A stretch of 63,116 bases of DNA, filler included, from Rhabdomonas costata (Eukaryota): the NCBI GenBank assembly GCA_019059605.1. It is 38 parts of 38 records of this genome, joined end to end, with 100 filler letters (N's around TTAATTAATTAA, not from the genome) between each part and the next. Parts side by side here need not be neighbours in the genome. Positions count along the whole stretch, not along the records: positions 1 to 1,562 come from JAHMHO010012975.1; positions 1,663 to 3,223 come from JAHMHO010012976.1; positions 3,324 to 4,887 come from JAHMHO010012977.1; positions 4,988 to 6,550 come from JAHMHO010012978.1; positions 6,651 to 8,213 come from JAHMHO010012979.1; positions 8,314 to 9,877 come from JAHMHO010012980.1; positions 9,978 to 11,565 come from JAHMHO010012981.1; positions 11,666 to 13,228 come from JAHMHO010012982.1; 30 more parts are not named here. The stretch is one strand, 5' to 3'. A model generated the notes under the pieces. The model did no database searches. It worked only from the letters and a program-made list of their open reading frames with translations, and had not been told where the DNA came from. This document shows, one piece after another, positions 1 to 12,115 of this stretch. How positions within the stretch are numbered: position 1 is the stretch's first letter; every line of letters starts with the position of its first letter. The position numbers and the translations under genes were made by a program.

Positions 1-1562
1 TTTGGGTTCCTTCAGCACCAATCCTCGAAATTACACTGGCGTGGTTCGCTATAATCTGAAGATGACATTCAGAATATAGCGAATGATCTGAAGATGACAT
101 TCAGAGATCCTTCTTTCCGATGAAAGTTGCCTAATTTCAGAGCAAAATCGGCAATGAGGAGCATCACAATTCAGTTGTATGCGCGCCATCCCATGAAGGG
201 GTGAGAAGTCAAACCAGTCGGTTTCCGCGCTAAAAGGAATACTCTAATTATTAAAAATTACCTGCAAAAATGAATTTTGGCAAAAAAAAAAACTGAAAGA
301 AAACGATCAACATTCTCATGAGAAACAGCGGCCACAAATCAATGAGATCAAGCACCCGAAACAACTAAGCCATTTTCAAGGATTTAATCTAGCTCTGCAT
401 CTACAACAAAAGCACGATGATGACTTCCGTGCTGATATGAAAGAGATCGTGGCAATAATGGCAAAAAGATGGTCCAAAAGTTTTTCATAACCAACACAGT
501 TGCGGCAAAACAATCACGAAAATGATCCAGTACTGCAGAAGCAACAGCTGTCGAAGGCACGCCTTCGCAGTTGCGATTGTCGTGAACCAACAGTCCGCAG
601 GAGAAAGGTTACATTCGACATAAATCACCATCACAATATCACGAGGGAGGCAGAAGCGGGTTGTTCGGAGTCGTCACACCGGGACTGGAAGAGCGTCCCA
701 TCATACTGTCGACATGTTATCTCGCTTGCCCCCCTCCCCTTCTCATCCTTGTTGGCTCCCCTGTCCTGTCTTTTAGTGTCACTGTGTATCACCAGCACTG
801 TGCCTTTGGTTACATTCTGCATTGCTGCTATGGATTTTGAAAAATCCCTAATTAATGAATTTCTTTTTGATCGCACCCACGAAAAACTGAGGAAAACAAC
901 CGTTTCATGCCTCCTCTTTCTTTTACGGTTACTTCCTTCAGTTGAGCAATAGTTTGGTGCTGCGATGTCGCGTTACCTCTTTGCCAGTGTTTAATTGAAT
1001 GTTCTTTTCAGTTTTTGGGTTTTGAGGAAGCGGAGCATGACACTTACTTCTATCATTGCTAGACCACAAGAAGAGAAGAAAATGCAAGCAAACAAATAAG
1101 AACAAGACATCCCAAAGCGCTGTTCTCTTTGTCACAGGCCAGTCCTGCGCGGCGTTCACCGGTTGTCCCGCGCCTCGGACTTTTCCCAATCTCTCGAAAG
1201 TTTGCGTAGAAAACCCTTGCACGGAAGATGACTGTTGCATGGAAGGTGCTTTCTTTCTCCCGTTTTCCTCATCCTTCTCCCACTTTCCCTGTGTGCATTC
1301 CCAATCTGTCATGTGGTCCCCAGTTTTTTTGTATGTATGCATACTTTTTTCCCTTTCATCCTGCTGCCTTCGCGGATTTCTTGATGCTCGATCGTCACAT
1401 TCCTCGCAATTACTCCGGCAACTATAGCGGTGATGATGCTCACTGCTGTTGAGCTTGGACAGCATTTTATCGCAATTTATGTAGGTTGGAGCTTGGAGAA
1501 GGGTCGTGAACTCGATTTCCTGGGCGGCATGATTCATATCGTATGCCTTTTCTTTCTTTTGT

Positions 1563-1662
1563 NNNNNNNNNNNNNNNNNNNNNNNNNNNNNNNNNNNNNN
1601 NNNNNNTTAATTAATTAANNNNNNNNNNNNNNNNNNNNNNNNNNNNNNNNNNNNNNNNNNNN
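1563..1662. other. Artificial contig-joining linker (first of 37 identical linkers)
   Basis: N44 + TTAATTAATTAA (stop codons in all six frames) + N44. It recurs about every 1.66 kb, e.g. 3224-3323, 4888-4987, 6551-6650 and so on to 61455-61554. The contigs between linkers are 1560-1588 nt long, as in a length-sorted concatenation. Confidence 0.99.
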
Positions 1663-2696
1663 GTGGTGGTGGTAGTACGTTAAAGCCATTCTCCCGGTGG
1701 GTTTTTCGATCACAAGATGACTACGGCGCACCTTTACTGCGTTCCGGCCATGCTCCGTGCAGTGGTGGTGGTGGGGGCATGAAGCCCGACACGGGCAGGG
1801 AGGATACGACGATGAGGATGCATTGTTTTTTGAAGCATTTGGGACGGTTCAAAAAGTGTCTTCACGAAAAGTCGTGGACAACAGGCCCGCAAAAGCCGTC
1901 AACCGGAGGGTGATCACTTTTTGCACGCAATCAAAATGTCTTGAGATTTACGAATTTTGGTAATCGGTTTGGGCGAAGCGGGGGCCAGCCACCCTGTTGC
2001 CCTGCTGAACTTTCTGTGTGGGTTATCACCTCGGTCATGCTGCTAATCATCTTTTTACGTTTGTCTTCGGGCCCCTCTCTGGTTCTGTGAACATTTGGAA
2101 GGCTTTCGCTTCGTAGTCGTCGAATTTGTCGCAGAATCCGAACGCGTCTGAAGTTCCATCAGAATAGCGCCCAACCCGCAGAAGAAAACCTTTGGAACAG
2201 AGGGATCAGTTGTTCCCAATTTCGCAAATGAAACAATGAAACAGAAATTCGCAATTGAACTTAACGAACCAGGCCCTGTGCTTCCCGTGAACTCCAGGCT
2301 GCCGAACTTTTGCATGAGAAACGAAATGCGTGTCATGTCCATCAACAAAGCTTGGGAGCACACATCCCGACAAACTGCCACTTTACAAGGGTCCAAGTAT
2401 ATACAAAGCAAACACGCCCTCACCGGGAAAAAACCAAACAGGTACAAATGTCACCAACACCTGAGGGTCATTCCGAAGTCAGTCGCTACACAACACATGC
2501 ACACAAAGACATACGACCGAACAGTAGCAAAGGAGACGTCCTCCACATCCCCACTCACGGCTTCTGCTGGGAACCCTTTTGTCGCAACAGCTGCTGGAGT
2601 GTGGGTGCATTATGGAGGTAGGACGCGTTCACGTGGCGCTTCTTCAAGTGCCGGATCTTATCCCGGTCCAACCGGTCCGGCTGGACGACCAGTTCG

Positions 2697-3038
2697 TCAA
2701 ACATCCGGGAAAACATAATCTGAAATCACGGAAAACGGCACTCACCGACAAAAATGTCCACTCCACTGTTCAATGGAGCGCTGCGCCTCAGCAAGACAAC
2801 CATGGCGAATTCCTGAAAAACCGTGCCCAATAAAGCATATCCAGCTTGACCAAGCGGGGAGGGAGGCATAAAAGCAGCATGGCAAAAGGGAAGGACCAAA
2901 GCATCCAGACAACGGGAAAGAGACAACGGCGGCTGAAAAGAGCAAACTTTGCTCTCCGCTGCGGAGCTCAAGGGCCGGTTACGCAGCTCCTCCACAGTCG
3001 CGCGGTACTTGGAAATGACCTGGGCCTCCTTCAAAGCT
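2697..3038 (-). CDS. 3'-terminal exons of an unknown protein, possibly ending in a SET-like motif
   Basis: Exons 3038-2948, 2812-2746 and 2719-2697 have GT-AG boundaries and compatible phases. They give ALKEAQVISKYRATVEELRNRPLSSAAESK/EFAMVVLLRRSAPLNSGVDIFV/DYVFPDV*. The last intron is only 26 nt. Confidence 0.4.
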
Positions 3039-3527
3039 CTGAGGCCCCCCCCCCCTTCCCCTGTGACGAAACGCAAGTTTCGCCCCGTCGACGAGGGCTA
3101 GATTGTAAGTTCGAAAATTATCACCAAAAAAAAAACAGAAATGTGACGAAAGCTTAATTTGCTGAGCACCGCCACCCAGTATTTCACTCCTCGCAAAGAT
3201 TTGGTCTGGCAGGAACAACACACNNNNNNNNNNNNNNNNNNNNNNNNNNNNNNNNNNNNNNNNNNNNTTAATTAATTAANNNNNNNNNNNNNNNNNNNNN
3301 NNNNNNNNNNNNNNNNNNNNNNNGGGTGGTGTTCAATGTTGTTGTGCAACGGGTGTGTGTCACTGCGTTGGAATGGGAACCTTCCGTGTGGCGTTTTCGC
3401 GCTTGGAGCTCCATAATATAATGACCGCCTTATTGTGTGAGTTTTGAGTGAGGGGAGGGCATTGGGGTCCGGAGGCGCAGGAAACTTTGTTTTGGATCGG
3501 ACTGGACTGGTGGTTTCCTCTCCGCAG

Positions 3528-3857
3528 ACCCAGCTGGCGATCACCTTCGCCTCGGGATACCTTGCCGGGATCATCTGCGCGATTGTCTCTCACCCCGCGG
3601 ATACGCTGGTGTCCCTGAAGGGCAAGGCGGCCAACGCGGGCAAGGGCTTTGGGCAGATCGCGCAGGACTTCGGCTACGGCAACCTCTTCACCAAGGGTCT
3701 GGGCACCCGTATCATCATGATCGGTACCCTGACCGGGCTGCAATGGTGGATCTACGACTCCTTCAAGACGGCAATGGGTATGGGCACAACCGGGGGGCTG
3801 ATGAAGTGCAGCTGCCCCCAGTGCAAGGACAAGAAGCCCACCGCAGGAGGCCACTAA
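3528..3857 (+). CDS. Mitochondrial phosphate carrier (SLC25A3/MIR1/PIC2 family), last exon
   Basis: Acceptor tttcctctccgcag at 3527. Translation TQLAITFASGYLAGIICAIVSHPADTLVS...KGLGTRIIMIGTLTGLQWWIYDSFK matches the third carrier repeat of phosphate carriers (SHPAD, RIxMIGTLT.LQWxIYD). Ends in TAA. Confidence 0.95.
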   Translation, partial: TQLAITFASGYLAGIICAIVSHPADTLVSLKGKAANAGKGFGQIAQDFGYGNLFTKGLGTRIIMIGTLTGLQWWIYDSFKTAMGMGTTGGLMKCSCPQCKDKKPTAGGH

Positions 3858-5348
3858 ACTCAAAGCGGCAGCCAGTGGGGATGGAGGGAGAAGAAGTATG
3901 TGAAGTGGGGTGTGGGCCCTGGTCCTTCGGTTCCCCACTTTCTGTGGTAGCGCGCCGATGTGACGCTTTATGTATGGCCGGTGGTATTGGTAGGGTGTGG
4001 CTCCTTTCTGTTTACCCATTAGTCCTCTTTTTTCTTCCGTTTTTTCCCGCAAAAGGTGCCACACGGGGTGTCGCTGTTGGTGTATACTGCTGCCTTTGTG
4101 ATGAAAATGAGACCCTGTCCTGCTCTAGTTTTTTCAACGGTACTGCTGGGTAATTGGCGTCTTATTGTTCTTCTCCCAAAGTCCTGACATCCTCATTGCA
4201 TGAATGAAATCACAGTCCTCCAGGTTTGTGTGATGGTCATATTTTGCGTCAGTATCGCAGATGTTGAATCTCCAGGGGTTGCTTTGCACACGTTTTGAAG
4301 CCAAGCAAAATGAACAAGCAACGTCGCCAAAAATGAGTCCGATGTACTAAAGCTTGATGCAAAAAAAAAAAAAAAAAAGGAAAAAGCACACACTCTAAAA
4401 GCTGGGGCAAAAAATTGGTTACATCTTCCGGGCTCGACTCTGCTTCCGTCGGTTTATTCTATGCTTTCCTCCCTTTCCCGGCAGTTGCGTGCTCGTCTTG
4501 ACCCGGAGAGCTAGGGCGGAAGGAAAAGCGCACACGGCGGAAGCACGGAACACACAAGCCAGAACCTGCATCGAACTAATTTAATGTCCCCACCGTGCGC
4601 CCCCAAATGCCCACCGGTAGAGGCAAAGGAGGGCAAGGTCTCCACCAGGTTTGTGTTACATTGCGACATATTTATTCAAATATATACCAAACACCACACC
4701 CCCCAACCATATACACCACATATGGACGGAACATTTGGCGTTTGCTTGTGGTTGTGTCCGTAAAAGATGCAACCATTTCAAGAGGCCCCGCAAGGTTCAA
4801 AGCGCATTCTAAATGAGGAACCTCCAGAAAAACTCTAAGAGTGGCGCGGCAAACGAAGGATACTCGAGACTGGATTGACCAAAAAAANNNNNNNNNNNNN
4901 NNNNNNNNNNNNNNNNNNNNNNNNNNNNNNNTTAATTAATTAANNNNNNNNNNNNNNNNNNNNNNNNNNNNNNNNNNNNNNNNNNNNGGTTTGGGGGAGG
5001 CTGCCACTGTCACTGTGAGTTTGGGAGGTCATCGCGTTTGCCAAGACAAACTGCTTCTCGTTTTGTCCAAGAAGGCGGATGAGACAGCTTTTATAAAACA
5101 TTAGGCCTGAGATCCGGCCGTTTTCTTATACCATGAGCCCATGGCTGCACAAATGCCGTTGATGGCTTCCGTCAAGGTGGGCTTGTCTAGTTTTTTTTCT
5201 AATTGTGCAGCACTGACAATGAACGGTTGCCTGCTGTTTCCCGTTCTTGCAAAGACACGGGTGAGTGGGTATAAATTGTTGGTTGTTGCGAGGCACAAGG
5301 CTGGGCCTGCATTCGTGTTTCCTACATCCGCTCTGATTCTTTTCTCAG

Positions 5349-5948
5349 TGTGGCCCACCCTCACCGTGGACTGGTTTCCCTGCTCCTCGAAGACCTTCTC
5401 CGAAGACGGGAGCCCATACGACGTGCACAAGCTGCTGTTCGGGTGCCAGACCAGCGGCCAGGAGGAAAGCGCCCTGATGGTGGCTGAGGTCCTTCTGCCG
5501 TCCCCGCCGGTATCCCATCGTCACCACCAACTGCTCACTAGTGGCTGGAGAGTGGAGAGAAGCTCCTTCATCGCGAGTTTGGAGGAAGGAGAGGGGCCCC
5601 TTCCCCGTTGGTCTTATATTTATGACTGAGGTTGGTTTTGCCTGGGGATCTTGCCTTGATCTTAAGGGTTGAAAGTAGTGTTGTTGATAGTAGCAAGAGT
5701 AAAGGGCACCCGTTTCATTGCCAGAAAAGGGCAACCATCTGCCCTGGGCAGTAGGCATTTTTCAGGTGGTTGCGTTGTCATGTTGGTGTCTGGTCTGTGA
5801 GAGGGGGGTGTATAAATGGCTGCCTTCGGTCTCTTGACAGGCTGAGCTGAACATGAAGCTGTATGACGCAGTCCTGGAGGAGGTTGGTGGGTACGCGCAG
5901 ACTGACGCGAAGATCAACATCAAGACAACGACCGCACCGGATGGCCAG
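5349..5948 (+). CDS. RBBP4/MSI1/HAT2-like histone-binding WD40 protein, N-terminal exons
   Basis: Exons 5349-5509 (WPTLTVDWFP...VHKLLFGCQTSGQEESALMVAEVLLP) and 5841-5948 (AELNMKLYDAVLEEVGGYAQTDAKINIKTTTAPDGQ), joined by a GT-AG phase-0 intron. They match the CAF1C H4-binding pattern WPSLTxQW...HRLxLGTHTS...LxIAxVxLP...YD...GGF...KIxI. Confidence 0.85.
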
Positions 5949-6936
5949 GTTCTTTTTTTTTTGCACTGGGGCGATGGAGAATGTTGTGGCACGCTCTGAA
6001 TTCAAGCGGGCAGAGCAGACAGATGTCCGTTTAACACATGAAATTACCTTAACAGGAGGATAGGTATGGTTGCGTGCGTAAGTGCGTCCGCCGCCGGGGT
6101 GCAACCGGAGCGGGCCGCATAGGCGGGGACGTTGCCTTTGAGGGGGGGATAAATTTTGTTCCAACGGGGCGATGCACGTCAAAACGTTAAAACGATGCTT
6201 GCACACTGGTATATAGGGGGTGCCGGGCCTCCCTTCGCTTGGTTTTGTCCCTCACCATTTAACGGCGTTACACCGTTTAAATCTCCCCGCCCCCCATTAT
6301 ACGGGACCTAAATTTTTAGCGGGGTGGAGACTTGCTCTGTCCCTGGGGAAATAGAACCTATCGCACACGCTCTGAGCCTCGGGTAGGGTTGAGACCGTGC
6401 GGATCTGGAATCATTCCGGGGAATCCAAACCAGCTTCCTCAAAGACCGTTTTAAATGAGAATTAAAAAAGGGCATCGACCTTCCCTTTTGCCCTCCCCAC
6501 AGTGCTGTTTACAGTGCACGTCGATATGACATGGCACTCCAACCAACACANNNNNNNNNNNNNNNNNNNNNNNNNNNNNNNNNNNNNNNNNNNNTTAATT
6601 AATTAANNNNNNNNNNNNNNNNNNNNNNNNNNNNNNNNNNNNNNNNNNNNTTTTTGGTTTTTCTCCTTGCGCACACCTGTCTCTGTAAAGGAAACACACC
6701 CGTTTCTCCCACTCCCAGGGTTTCGTGGCTTTGTTTCGTGCTTCTCTGTATCTATGTCGTGGACGATTGTGCGTCTGGTCAATCTGGACAATGAACAGAT
6801 GCCAGATTTTGGTGAAACTCTTACTTTGGAGATGAAGCAGGCCATATTGCTCAGATTAGATTTCGGGCGCTGGTGCATTTATGCCCCCCCCCCCCGACAG
6901 GGTGAGCTGTGAAGTTTTTTTTGTCCCCTTTCTGAG

Positions 6937-7030
6937 TTTGCAGGGGGTTAGGAGGTGATGCACGTGTTCCCTGGGATTCTAGTATAGGGATTTGCAGGGG
7001 GTTAGGTGGCGATACACGGTTCCAGGGATT
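6937..7030 (+). repeat. Two diverged tandem copies with about 54-bp spacing
   Basis: TTTGCAGGGGGTTAGG(A/T)GG(T/C)GAT(G/A)CACG...TTCC...GGGATT at 6937 and 6991. Confidence 0.7.
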
Positions 7031-7942
7031 AAAATCGAAGCTTTTTGGGGGGTACGTGGCGAGGGGGGGGGGCATAAATGCACTATGCCAGTTTCCGAAT
7101 TAGATAGGGATTGACCACAATACAAACCCTACGGGGAAAAAAGAAAATATTAAGTCGACGTTTCACTAGGAACTCGTACCAGCCAGTTCCAGTCACAATC
7201 GGAGCCGAAAAGCTAAAAAAAATCAAATAACGCCAGATAGTGAGGATCGTTGCACACAACTTCTTGGAGAGCGGCCCCAAATGCTCAACGTCTGAAATCA
7301 GACAGAGCGTTTTGCTTTAAGGAGTCGATTTCGAAAGGATGCAGACCACGCGATGAACTCCCGAGGAAACCGGGATATGCCCTCGGATACCCACCAAACC
7401 ATCAAAACCTGAGGCAAAAAAATGGAAGCAGCTGCGTTTAGGGCTTCAAGGGAATCCATCTATCCAATAATTCATCCAAAAACGGGTAGTCAGGCAAGGT
7501 ATTTAATCGCAACAGAGGCAGAATCACGTCGAGGGCTAGAGATGCGTATAAAGAGCCAACGGACAGCCACCTTCTCATAGCAGTCGACCACTTGCAGCAC
7601 AACCTCTCTACGAATCCATTGCCAGTAGAACAGCACCAAAGGATCACAGCCTGCAAAAAAAAATCCCCGCTGAATCCCAACCATGACATCTCTCGGGAAA
7701 AGAAAAATGCTGGCGAATGTCTTTGCGCACATAAGAACCTTACAGCTGCTCGAAACGAAGTACAGAGGAAAGACAATCCGTTTCTATTCCCCCACGCCTC
7801 ACCTAGAAGGCTAAGTAGGCAAGGAGCGACGGAACGTTGAAACTTCAATGTTGACTGTACCTGAAATGCAATAATGCCGACTGTTACTATTATAAAATAT
7901 CAAGAAAGGGAGCGCAGAGCCCAAAAATCCGGGGGCTGCTAC

Positions 7943-8102
7943 CTGCGCCTTCCGCTTCCGAGGCCCTCTCGAACAACAGCTCGAACACCGTCACCACCTC
8001 CACCTTCCCCGGAACCACCACCCGGCCCAGAGTCCGGAACTGGAACTCCGACGAAGCGCCTTGTGCGGTGCTCTCCGAGACCATCACCGTGGTCCCAAAG
8101 AA
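7943..8102 (-). CDS. Class III adenylate/guanylate cyclase, C-terminal part of the catalytic domain (exon)
   Basis: CAG/GT-bounded exon FFGTTVMVSESTAQGASSEFQFRTLGRVVVPGKVEVVTVFELL, matching the pattern GTxIxxSE...FRxLGxVxVxGKxExVxVxEL. A phase-compatible next exon is possible at 7650-7571. Confidence 0.85.
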
Positions 8103-8315
8103 CTGCGAGAATCAGCAGAATTCGGAGAAGTTCTAAACCAAACCACAAATAGCTGATATGCCATTGAAGCAAAAGTGCGCAAGCACTTTTTTGATGGGGG
8201 GGGGGGAAAACTTNNNNNNNNNNNNNNNNNNNNNNNNNNNNNNNNNNNNNNNNNNNNTTAATTAATTAANNNNNNNNNNNNNNNNNNNNNNNNNNNNNNN
8301 NNNNNNNNNNNNNGG

Positions 8316-9877
8316 TGGCTTGGAGGTGAGTCTTCGTCCTGGGGTATCTCTCCCATTTTGGATGAGACGGGCCAGCAGTGCTGTTCCCTGGAGGCTGTAG
8401 ATACCGTCGTGCGCCGGTATTGGGTTCAGGGGGTCTGGAGGATGCACGAAGGTGTTGACTCCGTCTCCAGTTGGGCTTCCTTCAGGGCTTCTCGCTTCTT
8501 TGGTCACCTTCCTCGGTGTAAGTGGCCCCATGAGCGCTGGACCATGGAGCGGGTGCAACATGTTCTGGGTGGAATGCGTGAACGCTCCTCCCCCGGAACG
8601 CGGGGTATTCCCTTGGCTGTTTGGAAGTCCCTTCCGGATTCCTTCGTGGCCCGCCTCGCTGAATTGTTTAACCTGGTGGAGAAAGAGGGGCACTGGCCGG
8701 ATGAGATGCTCCGGGCCTACGTCGCCATGATCCCGAAGGCCTCTGGGGGTACTCGGCCCCAGGACCAACGTCCCATCACGGTGCTGGACGTGCTGTACCG
8801 CCTGTGGGCCAAGGGTACTATTCAGTGCTGGGCCCCGGTACTGCAGGGCTCTTATCTGGGTCCCTCGGTTATGGGCTTTCGTGCACAGTCCAGCACTATA
8901 CACCTGGCGCAGCTGCTGACCGACGCCATTGAGCTCCAGCGGCGGCGAGGAAAACCCCTTTGGCTCGTCAAGTTTGATGTGGCCAAATGTTTTCCTTCCC
9001 TTCCTTGGTGGGCTGTCTTCGGCGTTATGAAGGAGACGGGCATCCCTACGGACGTTATCCGGTGCTTCAAGCACTTTTATGCCCATCTTCGGCACCGTTT
9101 TCGGTACGGCCAAGTTGAAGGTTCTGAATGGACCATGGCCAATGGGCTTGCCCAGGGCTGCCCGGCCAGCCCGGATCTCCTTAACCTTCTCTTTGAACCC
9201 TTTCACCGCTGGGCTGGAGCTCAGCAGGTGGGGGTCCGCATGCATGACTGCTATCTTGCCTCCAGCAGCTACGCGGACGATGTGTGCCTGCTCGCCACTT
9301 CTTTGCGAGAAGTAGAGCTGCTGGTGGGAGCATACCAGAGCTGGTGTCAGTTGCTTCGTGTGTAGCTCCACCTTGGGAAAACTGAGCTCTGGTGCTCTGA
9401 GCTCCCAGCTGGCCGGCGGATCACCCTTACCCTGGACTCTGGTCCTCTTGAACTTGCGACCCGGGCCACCTTCCGAATGGTAGGTATCGAGTTGGGCACG
9501 GAGACGGCTGCGACGGCCGCCCACATCTCGTCTCGCCTGCCGCAAGCTCTCCACGCTGGCCGGCGTTTGATTGCACTGGCCGTCCCTGCTCCTGTGGCTT
9601 CCCAGATGTGGAGTACTGCCATTCTTCCTCGGGCCCTGTACGGCTGCGAGGTGCGTAATCTCTCCAACTTACACTTGCTCCCTTTGTGGGCCCAGGGGAA
9701 GCGAGCCCTCACTCGGCTGCCCCCATTGTCTCTGAGTCATTTTGCGGCTGCGGAAGTCATTGGGGGCCTCCCTCTTGGAGCTTATGCTATTCGGGATCCA
9801 CGGCTGGACATGCTCGCTCGGAGGCTGCGGTGGCTCCAAGTACTGGGGAACCACTCCGGGATGCTGGGTACCCTGCA
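8316..9877 (+). mobile_element. Non-LTR (LINE-like) retrotransposon reverse transcriptase, with one in-frame TAG
   Basis: Intronless frame with the RT motifs IPK...QRPITVL...YRLWAK, GFR, KFDVAKCFPSL, GLAQGCPASP and SYADD. After TAG at 9363-9365 the same frame continues to the contig end (LHLGKTELW...ILPRALYGCE). Confidence 0.95.
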
Positions 9878-9977
9878 NNNNNNNNNNNNNNNNNNNNNNN
9901 NNNNNNNNNNNNNNNNNNNNNTTAATTAATTAANNNNNNNNNNNNNNNNNNNNNNNNNNNNNNNNNNNNNNNNNNNN

Positions 9978-10017
<40 letters not shown>
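9978..10017 (+). repeat. (GT)20 microsatellite at contig start
   Basis: Direct reading of the sequence. Confidence 0.95.
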
Positions 10018-10019
<2 letters not shown>

Positions 10020-12115
10020 TTTTGTGGCATGGCTGGGCGACTCTGCATAAGGATGGGGGCGCCGTCCGTGTTTATTGGGACGGGACGGTCATGGTTCAGG
10101 AAATCCTGGGTGCATTCCTCGTCGTCTTATGCGGGTACCGACGGGCACGGCCGGCGATGGGGATGGCTTTGCGGGGAATGGTACCCAGAACTTTAGAATC
10201 AGTCCGGAAGGTCTTTGGCGGTGTTCGCAGCGATGTAAAGAGGGATCTGCATAGAAGGGTCTTGTGACCAGGCACGGACTGAGGAGGTCATCTTCTGGTT
10301 CTTTCTCTGCCAGCGTGTGTTGAGGTCGGGTTCCACACTCGGAACGCTTGGAGGCTCACCCAGGTCCTCCGTATAGTATCTTACGGCCTGGGCAAGGCCT
10401 CGGGGGCTGTTGCACATTCCGGGAAAGAATCCGACCACAACAGGAAGACGGGGCGCTGGGCAAGATGCCCTTTCTTGCGAACCATAACGCCGCTAGCGGC
10501 ACAGATGGAGTTAGGACTGTCCGATGTCAGCAACACAACCCACAGTCACATGAGAAGAGGGCGTCGTCTTCTCGGTTCGCATTTGGTGAGACGCTACACT
10601 CGCCTGGGGGAAGGTAAGCGCCCCAAAACCCAGGACAATATTAATGCAGTCTGCGAATCACAGCCTCATTTTGTGCATATTACGCCATATTATTCACAGC
10701 AAAGCATAAAAACATCCTTACAAAACACAGCTCATGTCTAAGGCGTTATGCAGGAAGCGTTGCGCTGAGGTTTCTGTGTGGAATGATGCCATGCTGTCAG
10801 AAAGTGCAAAACACATGAAGACATCGGCGTCCATCATCTCTTCAAGTGACAAACAAACTGCAACCAAGCAAGGTTAGTCCTTGGAAAAGAACCACCGCGG
10901 CTACCAGTACACCAATGCCCGTCCACAGCTCGCTCGCCTGAAGACCAAAGTAGTTGCTGACGAACTTCCAAATAGGAACTTGTACCAGCGTTTCGGGACT
11001 CGACGGGTCCAGAACCTGTGCGCGTGCCGGGCAAAAACGAGGCGAGCGCATGCGCGTATGTGCACCAATAAGGTCCGGCCAAAAGCCGAAAAGGTCCCTA
11101 ATACAATGGTATTGAGTCAAATTTCAGCGTGTCGACTTCAGCTCTTAAGGTGAGACCCAAGCTGTTGGTCTGACTCAAGCTTCGAGGAACTGGTCAACGG
11201 CACGGCATCAGCACGACTGATGCGCTAAGGACCCCGCAAAAAGAGAGGGGTCCAATCTGGAAACCTGATTACATCCGTATTCTGTCCCGGCTGGGAGCTT
11301 CTCAAACCACAGTTGACCGTGATCTCCTTGGCTCCTTCGTTAATTTTGCTTGAGAATTCGCGATCGCCAGAGTGCCCACAAATCCATCTACCTTGCTCCT
11401 CGGCTCTCGCTCTGCAACGGCGGGGCTTGGCCGCCCTCGGGTTTTCATGGCAGACATTTTTTGATTTGATTTTTTGCTTTCAGTGTATCCGCATGAATGT
11501 GTATTTGAGGAGTGTCAACTACGCGACGGCAGGGCATGAGATACAAACTAAAGCAAAAACACAAANNNNNNNNNNNNNNNNNNNNNNNNNNNNNNNNNNN
11601 NNNNNNNNNTTAATTAATTAANNNNNNNNNNNNNNNNNNNNNNNNNNNNNNNNNNNNNNNNNNNNTGGTGGAATGGCAGTAGTCCTCACACGAGTTTACT
11701 GGCAGCCTCCCCTCCTGGGGCCATGGGTCATGCCCAACAAACAAACCGACAAACAAAGTGCGGGTTTGAACCGTAATAGGTGCCCCGCCCCAGATTCTTG
11801 CTGTGGAAGCTCGTTCTGCCCTTCGAGATGGTAGTTACAGGCAAGGGAAGAGCTTAACCATCCGATTTGCAGCACACGGGAAGTAGATGCATTTGCAGAG
11901 GCACACTCGTATTTGCACATGCACTTCAAGTGGGTTTGTGTTGCTACTTCAGCTGTGGACACTCGCGGAATGAGAGAGGCAATGGGTGTGGGAATTTAGA
12001 GTCTCTAGAAATTCGTAGAGAATCGAGGCCATCGTTTACCGTTTGCACTGCCAGCCCGTGCACTCGCATGGCGCCTGCCTGCCCCCCCTCCGCTTCTGCA
12101 ACCTTCACTGCTCAG

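Noticed and set aside
9363-9365. Stop-codon reassignment suggested by the in-frame TAG
   Set aside because: Host genes here end in TAA (3857), TGA (33805) and TAG (42732), and no host exon needs readthrough.
8262-9554. 430-aa minus-strand ORF
   Set aside because: Antisense shadow of the GC-rich RT frame, with no motifs.
11210-11270. Hammerhead-like CTGATG...stem...GAAAC
   Set aside because: The core reads CTGATGC, not CTGANGA, and stems I and III cannot be formed.
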